A DNA stretch of 64,000 bases from an uncultured Verrucomicrobiae bacterium (GTDB taxonomy: Bacteria; Verrucomicrobiota; Verrucomicrobiia; Chthoniobacterales; Chthoniobacteraceae), in assembly GCA_963769025.1 (NCBI GenBank), contig CAVYKI010000012.1:96001-160000 (forward strand), given 5' to 3'. Under the pieces are notes generated by a model that saw only the letters and a list, made by a program, of their open reading frames with translations, ran no database searches and was not told the origin of the DNA. Position numbers and translations under genes: made by a program. Below, piece after piece: positions 10,573-21,942 of the stretch. Each line of letters opens with the position of its first letter. The first letter of the stretch is position 1.

Positions 10573-12087
10573 ATGCGCGCAGCAGCCATCCACGCCACTG
10601 CCGATGAAGCCGTCGCCGCGATCCCGGCGGGCGCGACGGTGGCCGTGGGCGGGTTTGTCGGCGCGGGCCATCCCGAGCTGCTCACCGCCGCGCTGGAGCG
10701 TCGTTTTCTCAGAACCGGAACACCACGGGATCTCACGCTCTACTACTGCGCAGGGCAGGGCGACCGTGCGGAGCGCGGGCTGAATCACCTCGCGCACAAG
10801 GGGCTCATCAAGCGGGTCATCGGCGGCCATTGGAACCTTGCGCCGAAGCTCGGAGCGCTCGCGCTGGCGAACGAGATCGAAGCCTACAATTTTCCGCAAG
10901 GCGTGCTCAGCGTGCTGCTGCGCGAGATCGCGGCGAAGCGGCCGGGACTGATCACGAGGATCGGCCTGAACACATTCATCGATCCGGCGCAAAGCGGAGG
11001 ACGCATGAACGCGCGCACCGTGGAGCCGCTGGTGGAACGCATCGAACTCGATGGGCAGGATTGGCTGCGCTACAGGCCGCTGCCGATCCACGTCGGCCTC
11101 ATCCGCGCGACGCATGCGGATGCCCGCGGCAACCTGAGCATGGAACGAGAGGGAATGATCGGCGAGGTGCTGCCGATCGCGCAGGCGGCGAAAAACCACG
11201 GCGGCATCGTGATCGCGCAGGTCGAGGCGATCGTGGATCAGATCCCGGACCCGAAGTCCGTCCGCGTGCCGGGCATCCTCGTGGATTACGTCGTCGCCAG
11301 CGGCGGCGTGCAGCATGACCAGACTTTTGGGACGGTATTCACGGAGGACTTCGTGCGGACGGGCAATGCGCCGTCCCCACTGCCGGCGATGCCATTTTCC
11401 GAGCGGAAGATCATCGGGCAACGCGCGCTGCGGGAAATCCGCGCGGGAGACATCGTGAATCTCGGCATCGGCCTGCCGGAAAGCGTGGCGATGGTCGCCG
11501 CGGAGACCGGGCGGCTCAGCGAGTTTACCCTCACGGTCGAGAGCGGCCCGACCGGCGGCGTGCCGGCTTCGGGACTCAGTTTCGGGTGCAGCCATTTTCC
11601 CGAGGCGATCATCGATCAGCCGGCGCAGTTTGATTTTTACGACGGCGGCGGGCTCGACATCGGGGTGCTCGGCGCGGTGGAGGTGGATGCGGAAGGCAGC
11701 GTGAACGTCGCGAGCTTCGCCGGCCGATTCTCCGGCGTCGGCGGGTTTGTGAACATCGCGCAGTCTGCAAAGCGGCTCGTATTCTGCCTCACGCTGCGCG
11801 CGGGCGAACTTGAGGTGGCGATGAAGGACGGTCGGCTCGCCATCGTGAAGGAAGGCCGCCATGCGAAATTCGTGCGCGCGATTCAGCACGTGTGTTTCCA
11901 CGGCCCCACCGCGGTCGCTGCCGGACAGGAAGTGCTCTACGTGACCGAGCGCGCGGTGTTCAAACTCACGCCTCAGGGTTTGCAACTTACCGAGGTGGCC
12001 GACGGCATCGACCTGCAAAGGCAGGTGCTCGACCAGATGGAATTCACTCCCGTAATCAGCGCCGCGCCGAAGCCAATGCCCCTCTGA
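10573..12087 (+). CDS. Acyl-CoA:acetate/3-ketoacid CoA-transferase (YdiF/Pct-like, fused alpha-beta)
   Basis: GLNHLAH, EAYNFPQG, VNLGIGLP, catalytic VESG, DFYDGGG and YVTERAVF. Confidence 0.92.
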   Translation: MRAAAIHATADEAVAAIPAGATVAVGGFVGAGHPELLTAALERRFLRTGTPRDLTLYYCAGQGDRAERGLNHLAHKGLIKRVIGGHWNLAPKLGALALANEIEAYNFPQGVLSVLLREIAAKRPGLITRIGLNTFIDPAQSGGRMNARTVEPLVERIELDGQDWLRYRPLPIHVGLIRATHADARGNLSMEREGMIGEVLPIAQAAKNHGGIVIAQVEAIVDQIPDPKSVRVPGILVDYVVASGGVQHDQTFGTVFTEDFVRTGNAPSPLPAMPFSERKIIGQRALREIRAGDIVNLGIGLPESVAMVAAETGRLSEFTLTVESGPTGGVPASGLSFGCSHFPEAIIDQPAQFDFYDGGGLDIGVLGAVEVDAEGSVNVASFAGRFSGVGGFVNIAQSAKRLVFCLTLRAGELEVAMKDGRLAIVKEGRHAKFVRAIQHVCFHGPTAVAAGQEVLYVTERAVFKLTPQGLQLTEVADGIDLQRQVLDQMEFTPVISAAPKPMPL

Positions 12088-12094
12088 ACTTCCC

Positions 12095-13249
12095 ATGAAA
12101 CCTGTCCACATCATCGAAGCGAGGCGTTCACCCATCGGCAGGTTTGGCGGGGGCTTGAAATCACTGAGCGCGGCAGACCTCGCGTGTGCCGTGGCGGATG
12201 CAGTCGTCGCGCAGGCGCTGCGCGAGCACATCGGGCAGGTCATCCTCGGACAGGTGATTTCCGCGGGCAGCGGGATGAATGTCGCTCGGCAGGTCGGGCT
12301 GAAGCTCGGGATCCCGCAGCAAGCGCCCGCGTTCACCGTGAACATGGCGTGCGGCTCCTCGCTGAAAGCCGCCGCCCTCGGCGCGAGTGCGATCGCGTGC
12401 GGCGAAAGCGATCTCGTTCTTGCGGGTGGCGTGGAGTCGATGAGCCGCGCCCCGCACTACGTCACGGACCTGCGCTGGGGCAAAAAGCTCGGGGATTCCG
12501 CGATGCAGGACGCGAACTTTGTGGACGGCCTCACGGATCCCACGCTCCAGATCGGCATGGGCGAGACCGCGGAGCGCATCGCGGACAAGCACGGCATCTC
12601 GCGCGCGGAGCAGGATGCCTTTGCAGCGCGCAGCCAGAGCCGCGCGGCCGCGTGCCCTGAAAATTTTGCTCGCGAGATCGTCGCGGTGACGGGCCGCGAC
12701 GGAACGATCACCGCGGATGAACACCCGCGAGCGGATACCACCGTCGAAACGCTCGCGAAGCTGAAGCCCGCCTTTCGCAAGGACGGCACGGTGACGGCAG
12801 GGAATGCCTCCGGCATCAACGACGGCGCGGCGATGGTGCTGCTCGCGGGCGACGCGGCAGTGCAGGCGCACCACCTCAAGCCGCGCGCACGCATCGTGGC
12901 CTCCGCCGCAGTCGGCTGCGACCCGGCGGTGATGGGACTCGGGCCCGTCCGTGCGATTCGGAAACTGTGCGCCATCACGGGCTGGGCGCTGGACGACGTG
13001 GACGCCATCGAGATCAACGAAGCCTTCGCCGTGCAGACGCTGGGCTGCGTGCGCGAACTCGGACTCGACATTGAAAAGCTCAACCAGCGAGGGGGAGCCA
13101 TCGCGCTCGGACACCCGATCGGCGCGAGTGGCGCACGCGTGCTCGTGACGCTGCTGCACCTCATGGAGGACAAGAATTTCAAGCGCGGCATCGCCAGCCT
13201 GTGCATCGGCGGCGGGATGGGGATCGCGATAGCGATCGAGCGGATGTGA
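12095..13249 (+). CDS. Acetyl-CoA C-acetyltransferase (thiolase)
   Basis: NMACGSS, TAGNASGINDGAA, NEAFA, GHPIGASG and SLCIGGGMG. Confidence 0.95.
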   Translation: MKPVHIIEARRSPIGRFGGGLKSLSAADLACAVADAVVAQALREHIGQVILGQVISAGSGMNVARQVGLKLGIPQQAPAFTVNMACGSSLKAAALGASAIACGESDLVLAGGVESMSRAPHYVTDLRWGKKLGDSAMQDANFVDGLTDPTLQIGMGETAERIADKHGISRAEQDAFAARSQSRAAACPENFAREIVAVTGRDGTITADEHPRADTTVETLAKLKPAFRKDGTVTAGNASGINDGAAMVLLAGDAAVQAHHLKPRARIVASAAVGCDPAVMGLGPVRAIRKLCAITGWALDDVDAIEINEAFAVQTLGCVRELGLDIEKLNQRGGAIALGHPIGASGARVLVTLLHLMEDKNFKRGIASLCIGGGMGIAIAIERM

Positions 13250-13349
13250 CGAGAACGCTTCCGTTCCATATCACCTTCTGCACCGCATCTGCAGCGTGCC
13301 TCTTTCGCTGCTTTTTGGAACGCCAGGGCAGCCCGTCTCCTCCACGCGC

Positions 13350-15427
13350 CTACGCGACCTGGCGCAGCGCTTCGATGGGGTTCATCATCGCGGCGCGGCG
13401 CGCCGGGTAGAGGCCGAAGACAATCCCAATCACGACGGAGATCCCGAACGCCACGGGAAGCGACCACGGAACGACGATGGGCGTCATCGTGCGAACGGTG
13501 TCGGGGAGCGCGCTCATCGCCCTCGGAAATGCGTTGAGCAGCAACTTCATCGTCAGCGCGAGGACGGGCGTGCATGCGAGTCCGCCGATGATTCCCGTGA
13601 GACCGCCGGCGACCGACAGCGAGACGGTCTCGACGAGAAATTGCCGCGTGATGTCGCGACGCCGCGCGCCAATTGCGCGCCGGATTCCGATTTCCCGCGT
13701 CCGCTCGGTCACGGTGGCGAGCATGATGTTCATGATGCCGATGCCGCCGACCACGAGGGAAATCGCGGCGACCATGCCCATCATCGCGATGAACATGAGC
13801 CGCGTGTTGCGGGCCTGCTCGAGCAGTTCCAGCGGGACGGTGATCGTGTAGTCATCGCGGCTGTGCGTGCGGGCGAGGCTCCGGCGGACGATCTCCGCCG
13901 TGTCCACGATCTGGCTTTGGTCGGCGAGGGAAAGGGTCACTTGCGAGACGATCGGAATGCCACTTTCCGTCTTGCCGTAAAAATCGTAGATGAGAGTCCA
14001 GACCGCGGTGATTGGGATGTAGACGTCGCGGGAAAAATCCTGCCCGGCGCGCGCGCCGGGGATCGCGACATCAGCCCCGCGTGGCTTCAGCACGCCGACG
14101 ACCTGGTAGTAGTCCGCGGCGATGTGAATCGAGCGACCGATCGGGTCTTCGTAACTGAACAGCTCGTTTGCCGCCTCCGCGGAAAGCACGCAGACCTTTG
14201 CGCCGGGTCTCGACATCGGTGTCGGTGAAAAGATTTCCGCGCGCGAGCTGCATGCGGTTGATCTGGAAGTAGCCGCCGGTCGTTCCGACGAGCCGTCCGA
14301 TGAAGTGATTTCTCCCGTAGCGAAAAATCGCGGCGCGGCAATTCACGCACCGGCACCACCTGGGCGATGCTCGGGATGGTCGCGGCGAGATCCTCGTAAT
14401 CCTGGCGCGTGACGCCGTAGTAGCGGGACTTCCGGCTCGTCTGGCTCGCAGCGGGGCTTGCGGTGCTGATGAGGATGTTTTTCGCGCCCAACAGCGCGAT
14501 CTGCTGCTGGGCCTTGGCGCTGATTCCTTCGCCGATGGCGAGCAGCCAGATGACGCTGGCGACGCCGATGAAGATGCCGAGGATGGTGAGCAGCGAGCGC
14601 AGCGGATAGACGAGCAGGCTGTGCACGCCGAGCTGCACGGTCCGCCAATGCAACCGGAGGGACGCCGCGAGTCGCGCACGCCAGGTCGCGGGCTCGATGC
14701 CGGCGGCGGGCGGCGCGACATCGGGCTGTGCCTCGACTTCGCGCGCGCGGGTGTCGGATTGGATCACGCCGTCCCTGAGCCGCACGACGCGGCGGGCGTG
14801 GAGGGCCACTTCATCCTCGTGGGTGACGAGGACGATCGTCTTTCCGTCGGCGTTCAGCCGGTCGAGCAGCGCGAGAATTTCCTGCGTCGTCACCGAATCG
14901 AGATTCCCGGTCGGCTCGTCGGCGAGGATGTAGCGCGGGTTGTTGACGAGGCTGCGCGCGATGCCCGCCCGCTGCTGCTGGCCGCCGGAAAGCTCAAACG
15001 GCCGGTGCTCCAGCCGATCGCCGAGCCCGACGAGTTTCGCGAGCTCGCGGCACCGCTGCCGCCCCTCCGGCGTGATGTGGCCCTGATAGTACAGCGGCGC
15101 CTCGATGTTCTCGATGACGGTGAGCTGCGGGATCGAGGTTGTAGCTTTGAAAAACGAAGCCGATGCTGCGACGCGCGCATGGCGGCGAGACTGTCGTCGT
15201 CCAGTTCCGCGACGTTATGGGCTCGCCAGTTGGAAACGTCCGCCGGTCGGCTTGTCGAGGCACCCGAGGAGGTTGAGCAGCGTGCTTTTTCCAGAGCCCG
15301 ACGGGCCCATGATCGCGACGTAGTCGCCCTCGGGAATATCGAGATCGATCCCCTTCAGCACGGGCACCGCTTCCTCGCCGAGGAAGTAGTCCTTGCGAAG
15401 GTCTTCGAGCCGGATGGCCGGCTTCAA
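13350..15427 (-). CDS. macB: MacB-like fused ABC ATPase/permease, broken by several indels (~15100-15230, ~14340, ~14210)
   Basis: GPSGSGKS, IGFVFQSYNL, LSGGQQQR, ADEPTGNLD, RSLLTILGIFIGVASV and GGIGIMNIMLATVTERTREIGIRRAIGA, spread over consecutive frames. Confidence 0.85.
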
Positions 15428-15450
15428 CGTGAGGCAGTCCGTGGCTTGGC

Positions 15451-17040
15451 TTATGGCTTGGCGAGCGCCGGAAGCGCGGTGTGGATCATCGCCGATTGCG
15501 TCTTCGTCTGAGGCTTGACGGAGATGCGCTTCCTGTCCGGTGCAGCCTTGGTCTTCGGCTTGATGATGGCAGCCGGCAGCTCCACGAAGTCTTCGTAGTT
15601 CTGCGGGGCGAGGACGACCGACTGGCCCACATCCACACCGGATTCGATGACGACGGTCTTGTCGTTGGCGAGACCGAGGATGACTTCGCGGGCTTCCAGA
15701 CGGTTGCCGTCAATCGTCACCAGAGTGAAGAAACGTCGATCGCGCTCCATCACGGCCGGCAGCGGGACCTGGACGGCGGTGTCCAGATTCTGCACCTCGA
15801 TGGCCACCTGTGCCGTCATTCCCGCGCGCAGTCCCGGGTTCGGGTTGTGAATCTCGATCTGCGTCGCGTACTCCTTGAAGGTGCTGTAGGCGATCTGGCT
15901 CGGCAGCGGGTATTCGCTCACGTCGCGCACGGTGCCCTGCATTTCCGTGGCGGGGAATGCATCCACCTTGATCCGCACGTTCATGCCGACTTTCACCCGA
16001 TCGACGCGCGACTCGTTGATGCGCGCGGTCACCTGCATGCGTCGCGGATCCGGGAGGCGGATGATCACCTGCCGCTCGCGGACCAGCTTGCCCTCGGCGA
16101 TCAAAGGCTCGCCGGTGGAATTGCGCGGATCGTTGGCGTAGACGACCTGGCCCGAGGTGGGGGCGAGGATGTTGCATTTCTGAATCTGCGTCTGGACCTG
16201 CACGAGCTTGTCGTTGTCCAGCGCATGGGTGTTTTCACGCGACCGCAGCCGGGCCTCGGCGATTTCGAAATCCGCCTTCAGCTTGTTCAGCGTCTTCTGC
16301 TTGGTGAGCCGGTGCAGGATGTCGAGCTTGGTGCGGGAGCTTGCCAGCTCCTTGCGGCACTTTTCCACGGAGAAACGATCCGCCTCCAACTGGACCTCGG
16401 TGACGTAGCCGCGGGAGGCGAGCCGCTCGCTGTAGCGCAGGTATTCCTCGGCGCGCCGCAGGTTTTCCTTTGCCACGAATTCCTCGCTCTCGATCGTCTG
16501 CTGCTCCTGGAGGAACGTGCCGGTCTCGTATTCCTTGAGCGCGAGCTTGGTGGACTCGACCTCCGCCTGCGCCTCCACCACCGAGGCGCGGCTGGTGTTG
16601 CAGGTGATCTGTTGCTGCACGAAATCGGCCTGAAGCGCCGAGTCGTCCAGCTTCACGAGAAAGTCGTCCTTGTTCACGTACGTGCCTTCCGGGACGATCT
16701 GGATGATCGCCGTCCCCAATGAACCACGCCCCTGCACTTCGCAGCGTGCCTCGATGTTGCTGGAGCTTTCGATCTCCCCGCGCTCGACCACTTCCTGCTG
16801 GAAGGGAGCATTCGTCACAAGCGCCGTCACCGGTGGCGGCTGATCGCGGCCCCAGGTCTGGATTTTGTTGCGGCTTTTCAGGAAAAACGGGCTGGCGATC
16901 CCGGCGATGAGCACCAGTGCGATGCCCGCCTTCGCCGCTTTCCCGCGGAACCACGCCCGCCCGCCCTTTCCCTGAGGCGCCACCTCGCGCTGCGGATCGG
17001 GAAGGGTCGTCGTGGAAGCGTTCTCGGAATCTGCTGGCAT
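15451..17040 (-). CDS. Efflux periplasmic adaptor (HlyD/MFP family)
   Basis: N-terminal TM helix, IVPEGTYV...LVKLD, long coiled coil, ILAPTSGQVVY and LRAGMTA. Confidence 0.88.
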   Translation of the reverse strand: MPADSENASTTTLPDPQREVAPQGKGGRAWFRGKAAKAGIALVLIAGIASPFFLKSRNKIQTWGRDQPPPVTALVTNAPFQQEVVERGEIESSSNIEARCEVQGRGSLGTAIIQIVPEGTYVNKDDFLVKLDDSALQADFVQQQITCNTSRASVVEAQAEVESTKLALKEYETGTFLQEQQTIESEEFVAKENLRRAEEYLRYSERLASRGYVTEVQLEADRFSVEKCRKELASSRTKLDILHRLTKQKTLNKLKADFEIAEARLRSRENTHALDNDKLVQVQTQIQKCNILAPTSGQVVYANDPRNSTGEPLIAEGKLVRERQVIIRLPDPRRMQVTARINESRVDRVKVGMNVRIKVDAFPATEMQGTVRDVSEYPLPSQIAYSTFKEYATQIEIHNPNPGLRAGMTAQVAIEVQNLDTAVQVPLPAVMERDRRFFTLVTIDGNRLEAREVILGLANDKTVVIESGVDVGQSVVLAPQNYEDFVELPAAIIKPKTKAAPDRKRISVKPQTKTQSAMIHTALPALAKP

Positions 17041-17059
17041 CGGTCGATGGATAATAGTG

Positions 17060-19564
17060 TCAGCGGGTCAACCGCCGGGCCGTGTCTTGCTTGGGTGTCG
17101 CGGTCGAAATCATTGTCCACTTGGCGAGCCGTTTCCGGATGGCATCTTCGGAGATGTCGCCGGGGTCCGCCCACCGTCCATCGGGCCCGAACCGCATCGT
17201 GCCGATTTCAAAATCGAGCAGCATGCGGATGACCTGGTAGCTCACCCACACGCTCAGGAAATCGTTCTGGGCCTGGAGCAGGTCGCTGAGCGCGGAGACC
17301 AAATCCCGGGCGGTCGTGGCCCCGAACTGCGCGACTGCTCCGGGACGCGGCGGTTCATCGAGCCGCAGGCGCGCAAGGTCCACCTGCGAAATCGCGATCT
17401 GCACGGCATCGCGGCGCAGCTCAAAGTTGAGCTGGCTCAGGTCCACGATTCGGATGGTGTTACGGAGGCTCAACTGCACCCGATCCTCGAACTCGTTCAG
17501 GCTCCGGCGGGACCGCTGATAATTGATGAGCGCCTCGCGGTAGTCGTTGCGTTCCGCAAGGCGCGTGAGCGGGCTGTCGAACTGGAGGCCGAACTTGAGG
17601 TTGCCGTTTCGCGCATCGAGGCGCGTCCAGTCGTTCTGGATCGAGCCCATGCTCCCGCTGGCGGTGAGATTGACGGTGCTCAAAAGCGCATTCGCGTTGA
17701 AATCAATCTGCCGCCAGCTGTCCACGAGCCGCGCGCGCGCGTTCATCCAGTCGAGCCGGTTTTCCCGCGCGATGGCGAGGGCGCTGTCCGCCGTGAGGTC
17801 CACCTGCGGCAGGATCAGCGTCTCGAGCCGCGAAGCGGTCTGGTCGAGGGAAAGCGCGAGCAACAGTCCGGACAGCGACGACGCGAGTTCGCTGAGTTTC
17901 GCCCGCGCGGGCTCCAGTTCCATGCTTTCCATGTCCGCCCCGTAGGTGCGCAGCGCGGCGAATGCCGTGTCCACATCCTTCGACATCGCCGGGAGGCGTT
18001 GCTCGAGCAGTGCGATTTTCGCCGCCAGCCTCGATGTCTCAAAGCGGCCGGGCTCGATGCTGAGCGTGGCGAGATCCTTGCGCCGCTGCAGGCGGACGAG
18101 CTGGCGCTGGCGCTCCGGCAGGTTCCTGCGCGCTCTCGCGAGGTCGGCCTCCATCCTTACGAGCTGGCTGTGGAACGAGGTTTCCAGCCCCAGGACCGTG
18201 CCCAGATGCGTGCGCAACTGATCCTTGCCCTTGATGACGTCCCGGTTGCGGATGACTTCCAGTTCGTCGCTGAGCGTGCGGCTGATGGCGGTCGTCGCCT
18301 TGTCCGTGAGCGCGAGGCTGTCGAGCATCGGGTCTTTGACCAGCACGGGGAGGCCCGGCGGCAGGCCGAGCTCCAACTTGTAATTGTCCAGCCGCGTCTG
18401 GTACGCCGCCAGCGTGGACAGCATGGAACTTTGCCCGCTGTAGAGCGCCTGCCGCGCCTGGTCCACCTGCAACCGGCTCGGGATGCGCCCCGCGTCGAAC
18501 GCCGCCTCCAACTGATCCAGACTCTCGCGCAGCCGCGCGACGTTGCCCTCCAAATTCGTGATCCGCTGCTGCTCCTCGAGCAGCCCCATGAGCCCGTCGG
18601 CTCGCGGCGCGCCGATGGTTCCCGATGGCGTGCCGGCGATGAGACCCAGCCCCGTTGCGCCGACTGAGCCGCTCCGCGAGGGGCCTTCGCCGGCGTTCCG
18701 CCCGGCGGTGATGCGAATGTAATAGCCGTGCTGGAACTGCTCCATCTGCCGCACATTCGCGAGCAGGCTGCGCTCGGACTGCGTCAGGGATTCGAGCACG
18801 CGGGCGCGACCGCCGAGCCGGAGCAGCGGCTGGATGAGGCTGAAATTCAGCAGCGAGCTCGAAGAGTGCACCGCCGAGCCGTTGAACTCCCACACGAGCG
18901 TGTTTGCGAGTCCCGCCAGCAGTTCGCCGCCACCCGCGGAAAGCCAGCGCACGCTGCCATCCGTGACCACGGAGGCCTGCCGTGGCGCAGTCTTGCCCGC
19001 CTGGATGGAGCCCTTCGTCGTGTACGTCCCCGTGCTGCCGAGGGAAAATTGCGCGTCGAAACGGAACCGCTCGAACGTCACATCGAGCGCGGAAAGGTAG
19101 ATGTCCTCGCGCTCCGTCTGGAAATCCCGCGAGTTCTTGAGCGCAATCTGCACGGCGCTGCGGAGATTCAGCATCACGTTGCCCGCCTTGTCGCGCGGCA
19201 AGGCAGCCAGCCACGCATCCGAAACGACCGGCCCGCCATCCGTGGAGCTGCGCCACGACGAAGGCCCGCGCTTTCCGTCCACGCGCTCCATCAGCTCATG
19301 CGAGGCCGGATCGTCCGGCGGCATCGGCGGATGATCGGGATCGCCGGGGTCGAAAAGCCGAGAGTCCTCCGGGGCCTGGACCGAGGGGAGCGTGAGCGCC
19401 CAGCGGGGATCGTCCGCCTTGTCCGAGATCAGGCGGTTCACTTCCCGATCCGCGCTCTTGCGGTAATACGCCCGCGTGCAACCGGCGATGGAGGCAGCGA
19501 GCAACGCGAGGGCGAGGGACCATGTTGCCCCGGGGTAGCGGGACAAAAAGCGCGGCCTGATCAT
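17060..19564 (-). CDS. Large TolC-family outer-membrane efflux lipoprotein (PVC type)
   Basis: Lipobox IAGC, ALKNSRDFQ, ARENRLDWMNARARLVD and PLTRLAERNDYR; lies upstream of the MFP and MacB genes. Confidence 0.8.
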   Translation of the reverse strand: MIRPRFLSRYPGATWSLALALLAASIAGCTRAYYRKSADREVNRLISDKADDPRWALTLPSVQAPEDSRLFDPGDPDHPPMPPDDPASHELMERVDGKRGPSSWRSSTDGGPVVSDAWLAALPRDKAGNVMLNLRSAVQIALKNSRDFQTEREDIYLSALDVTFERFRFDAQFSLGSTGTYTTKGSIQAGKTAPRQASVVTDGSVRWLSAGGGELLAGLANTLVWEFNGSAVHSSSSLLNFSLIQPLLRLGGRARVLESLTQSERSLLANVRQMEQFQHGYYIRITAGRNAGEGPSRSGSVGATGLGLIAGTPSGTIGAPRADGLMGLLEEQQRITNLEGNVARLRESLDQLEAAFDAGRIPSRLQVDQARQALYSGQSSMLSTLAAYQTRLDNYKLELGLPPGLPVLVKDPMLDSLALTDKATTAISRTLSDELEVIRNRDVIKGKDQLRTHLGTVLGLETSFHSQLVRMEADLARARRNLPERQRQLVRLQRRKDLATLSIEPGRFETSRLAAKIALLEQRLPAMSKDVDTAFAALRTYGADMESMELEPARAKLSELASSLSGLLLALSLDQTASRLETLILPQVDLTADSALAIARENRLDWMNARARLVDSWRQIDFNANALLSTVNLTASGSMGSIQNDWTRLDARNGNLKFGLQFDSPLTRLAERNDYREALINYQRSRRSLNEFEDRVQLSLRNTIRIVDLSQLNFELRRDAVQIAISQVDLARLRLDEPPRPGAVAQFGATTARDLVSALSDLLQAQNDFLSVWVSYQVIRMLLDFEIGTMRFGPDGRWADPGDISEDAIRKRLAKWTMISTATPKQDTARRLTR

Positions 19565-20006
19565 TCCGCGGAAGCCAGTCCGGCAAAAGTCCGCCCGTCT
19601 GCACCGGCAGAAAATCGGGAATGGCGGGCTGGGATTGTCGGGCGTGGGAAAAACATGAAGGTCGTGTGAAGCCGTTATAATCGCATCCGGCCAGATTCAT
19701 TTGATCCGCAGACCGTTGCTGGGCAAAGGCGACACGGTCGAAGGCATCCGCCAAAATTCAAGCGCAGTCCGCTCAAATTCATCCGGAGCCAATCGAAGAC
19801 GGCAGAAGGCGCGGAGATTCGCTCGCGCGTCATTTTCGCCAGCCAGAATCCGGGGATGGAGGATCACGGCGAGTTCACGCGCGTGGCGGAAGTTTCTTCC
19901 AAAGGAAGCGCGGGCGGCGCAGGTTGTCCGCTCGCCGCGCAGCGGGGCCTCGATGGCACCGGGCGCGCGCACTTTTCCAACACTCCAAACCCCATCCCAT
20001 CGCACC

Positions 20007-21002
20007 ATGAAAAAAGCCACACTCCTCGCATTCGCCTGTCTCGCCGGAATCTCCTACGCCGCGGAGGTGAAGCGCGTGATCGTCTGCACCGTGACCACCG
20101 GGTTCCGGCATAGCTCGATTCCGTTCGCGGAGGCGACGCTGGAGAAGCTCGCGAAGGAGAGCGGGGCATTCGAGATCGTGGATTTCGCGCGGCAGCCGGA
20201 CGTAAAAATCCCACAGCGCCCGCGCAAGCCGAAGGACCTTGCGCCGACGGCGAATGACAAGGACAAGGCGCGCCATGCGGAGGACATGAAGAAATTCGAG
20301 GCCGAGCAGGCGAAGTGGACGCCGGAACTGGTGGCGCAGGAGAAGGCTGCGAAGGAGAGCTTCGAGACGGGAGTGAAGGCGAGCCTCGCGAAGCTGTCGC
20401 CTGAGAATCTGCGCGCGAAGAAAATCGACGGTGTCATTTTTGCGAACACGACGGGCGACCTGCCGCTGCCGGACAAGGAGGGCTTCATCAAGTGGATCGA
20501 GGACGGGCATGCGTTCATGGGGATGCACTCGGCGAGCGACACGTTCCATCAGTTCAAAGGCTACGGCGAGATGCTCCAGGGGGAGTTCAGGACGCACGGC
20601 AAGCAGGTGCCGGCGGACCTCGTGGCGGCGGACACGGCGCATCCGGCGAATGCGGGAATCGGCAGCAAGTGGGACATCAAGCTGGAGGAGATGTACGAGA
20701 TGAAGGAGGGCAGCCACGACCGCTCGAAGCTGCGCGCGCTGTGGTTCCTGAAACACCCGCCGCAGGATCCGACGAAGGAGGAATACGCGCCGGTGAGCTG
20801 GTGCCGGATGGCAGGGACGGGCCGCGTCTTTTACACGAGCCTCGGCCATCGCGAGGATCTGTGGAGCGATGATCCGGCGATGCCGGGCCGCGTCAATCCG
20901 CCGGAGACTGCGAAACAATATCAGGCGCACATCCTCGGGGGCATCAAGTGGGCGCTCGGGCTCGCCAAGGGCGACGCGACGCCGAACCCGGAAGTGAAGT
21001 AA
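20007..21002 (+). CDS. ThuA-like domain secreted protein
   Basis: Signal peptide, GFRHSSIP, FANTTGDL, GMHSASDT and GRVFYTSLGHRED. Confidence 0.88.
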   Translation: MKKATLLAFACLAGISYAAEVKRVIVCTVTTGFRHSSIPFAEATLEKLAKESGAFEIVDFARQPDVKIPQRPRKPKDLAPTANDKDKARHAEDMKKFEAEQAKWTPELVAQEKAAKESFETGVKASLAKLSPENLRAKKIDGVIFANTTGDLPLPDKEGFIKWIEDGHAFMGMHSASDTFHQFKGYGEMLQGEFRTHGKQVPADLVAADTAHPANAGIGSKWDIKLEEMYEMKEGSHDRSKLRALWFLKHPPQDPTKEEYAPVSWCRMAGTGRVFYTSLGHREDLWSDDPAMPGRVNPPETAKQYQAHILGGIKWALGLAKGDATPNPEVK

Positions 21003-21021
21003 CCGCCTATCCGCACGAACC

Positions 21022-21633
21022 ATGAAGGCACTCGCATTTTCCGCCGCATTCCTCCTCACAACCGTCGCCTTCGCAGCGGACGACGAGACGGGATTCACGC
21101 CGCTCTTCAACGGCAAGGACATGACCGGCTGGCACGTCCGCAAACCCGCCGCACACAACGCGTGGAAGGTGGAGGGCGGCGTGCTCAAGAACGAGCTGAA
21201 GCCCGGCGAGCACGGGGTGGATCTGGTGACGGATGCGAAGTTCAGGGACTTCACCGTGCGCTACGAGTATCAGGTGCCGGACGGATCGAACTCGGGCTTC
21301 TACCTGCGCGGGCGGCATGAGATCCAGATCCTCGGCGACTACAAGTCGGGCAAGGTGGCGAAAGGCGGAAACGGGGCGATCTACAACTTCAAGGAGCCGT
21401 CGGAATTTGCGAGCAAGCCGGCGGGCGAATGGCAGTCGGTCGAGGCGACGATCGTGGGACAGAAAATCACGGTCGTGCTGAACGGAAAAAAGATCCACGA
21501 CGCCGTGGAGTGCGCCAAGCCGACGGGCAGCCAGCTCGACAACGATGTCAACGAGCCGGGATCGCTCTTCCTGCAAGGCGACCACGGGACCGTCGCGTTC
21601 CGGCACATCCGCATCAAGGCGCTGGGGAAGTGA
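21022..21633 (+). CDS. DUF1080 (3-keto-disaccharide hydrolase-like) protein
   Basis: LFNGKDMTGW, NSGFYLRG, EIQILGD and LQGDHG. Confidence 0.92.
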   Translation: MKALAFSAAFLLTTVAFAADDETGFTPLFNGKDMTGWHVRKPAAHNAWKVEGGVLKNELKPGEHGVDLVTDAKFRDFTVRYEYQVPDGSNSGFYLRGRHEIQILGDYKSGKVAKGGNGAIYNFKEPSEFASKPAGEWQSVEATIVGQKITVVLNGKKIHDAVECAKPTGSQLDNDVNEPGSLFLQGDHGTVAFRHIRIKALGK

Positions 21634-21809
21634 TCCAACAAGGCGGCACCGTTGGCCGCATTGCAACACGAGGCAAGCTGAAGGCCGCCCAGCGGCCAGA
21701 CACGGGGTTCGCGTTTGCGCTCGCGCTGTGCTTCGCAATTCCGTGGCTGCTCAATGCTTCGGACACCGGTCGCGTGGCCACGCCCGTGCACGATCGGGCT
21801 TGAACTGAC

Positions 21810-21842
21810 ATCCCCGCTGTGTCGCGCTCCGGCAGCGGGGAT
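21810..21842. other. Perfect 10-bp inverted repeat (ATCCCCGCTG-13 nt-CAGCGGGGAT)
   Basis: Read directly from the sequence in the gap after the DUF1080 gene. It has no clear U-tract. Confidence 0.5.
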
Positions 21843-21942
21843 TCGGAAGGTTGATGGGCTTTGACGCCCCGCCTCAATCAGCCGCGGGCAGGCCGTGATT
21901 TGAAGAGTTCTCTTGGGCGTTACGTCAGAGAATGCAGAGAAC

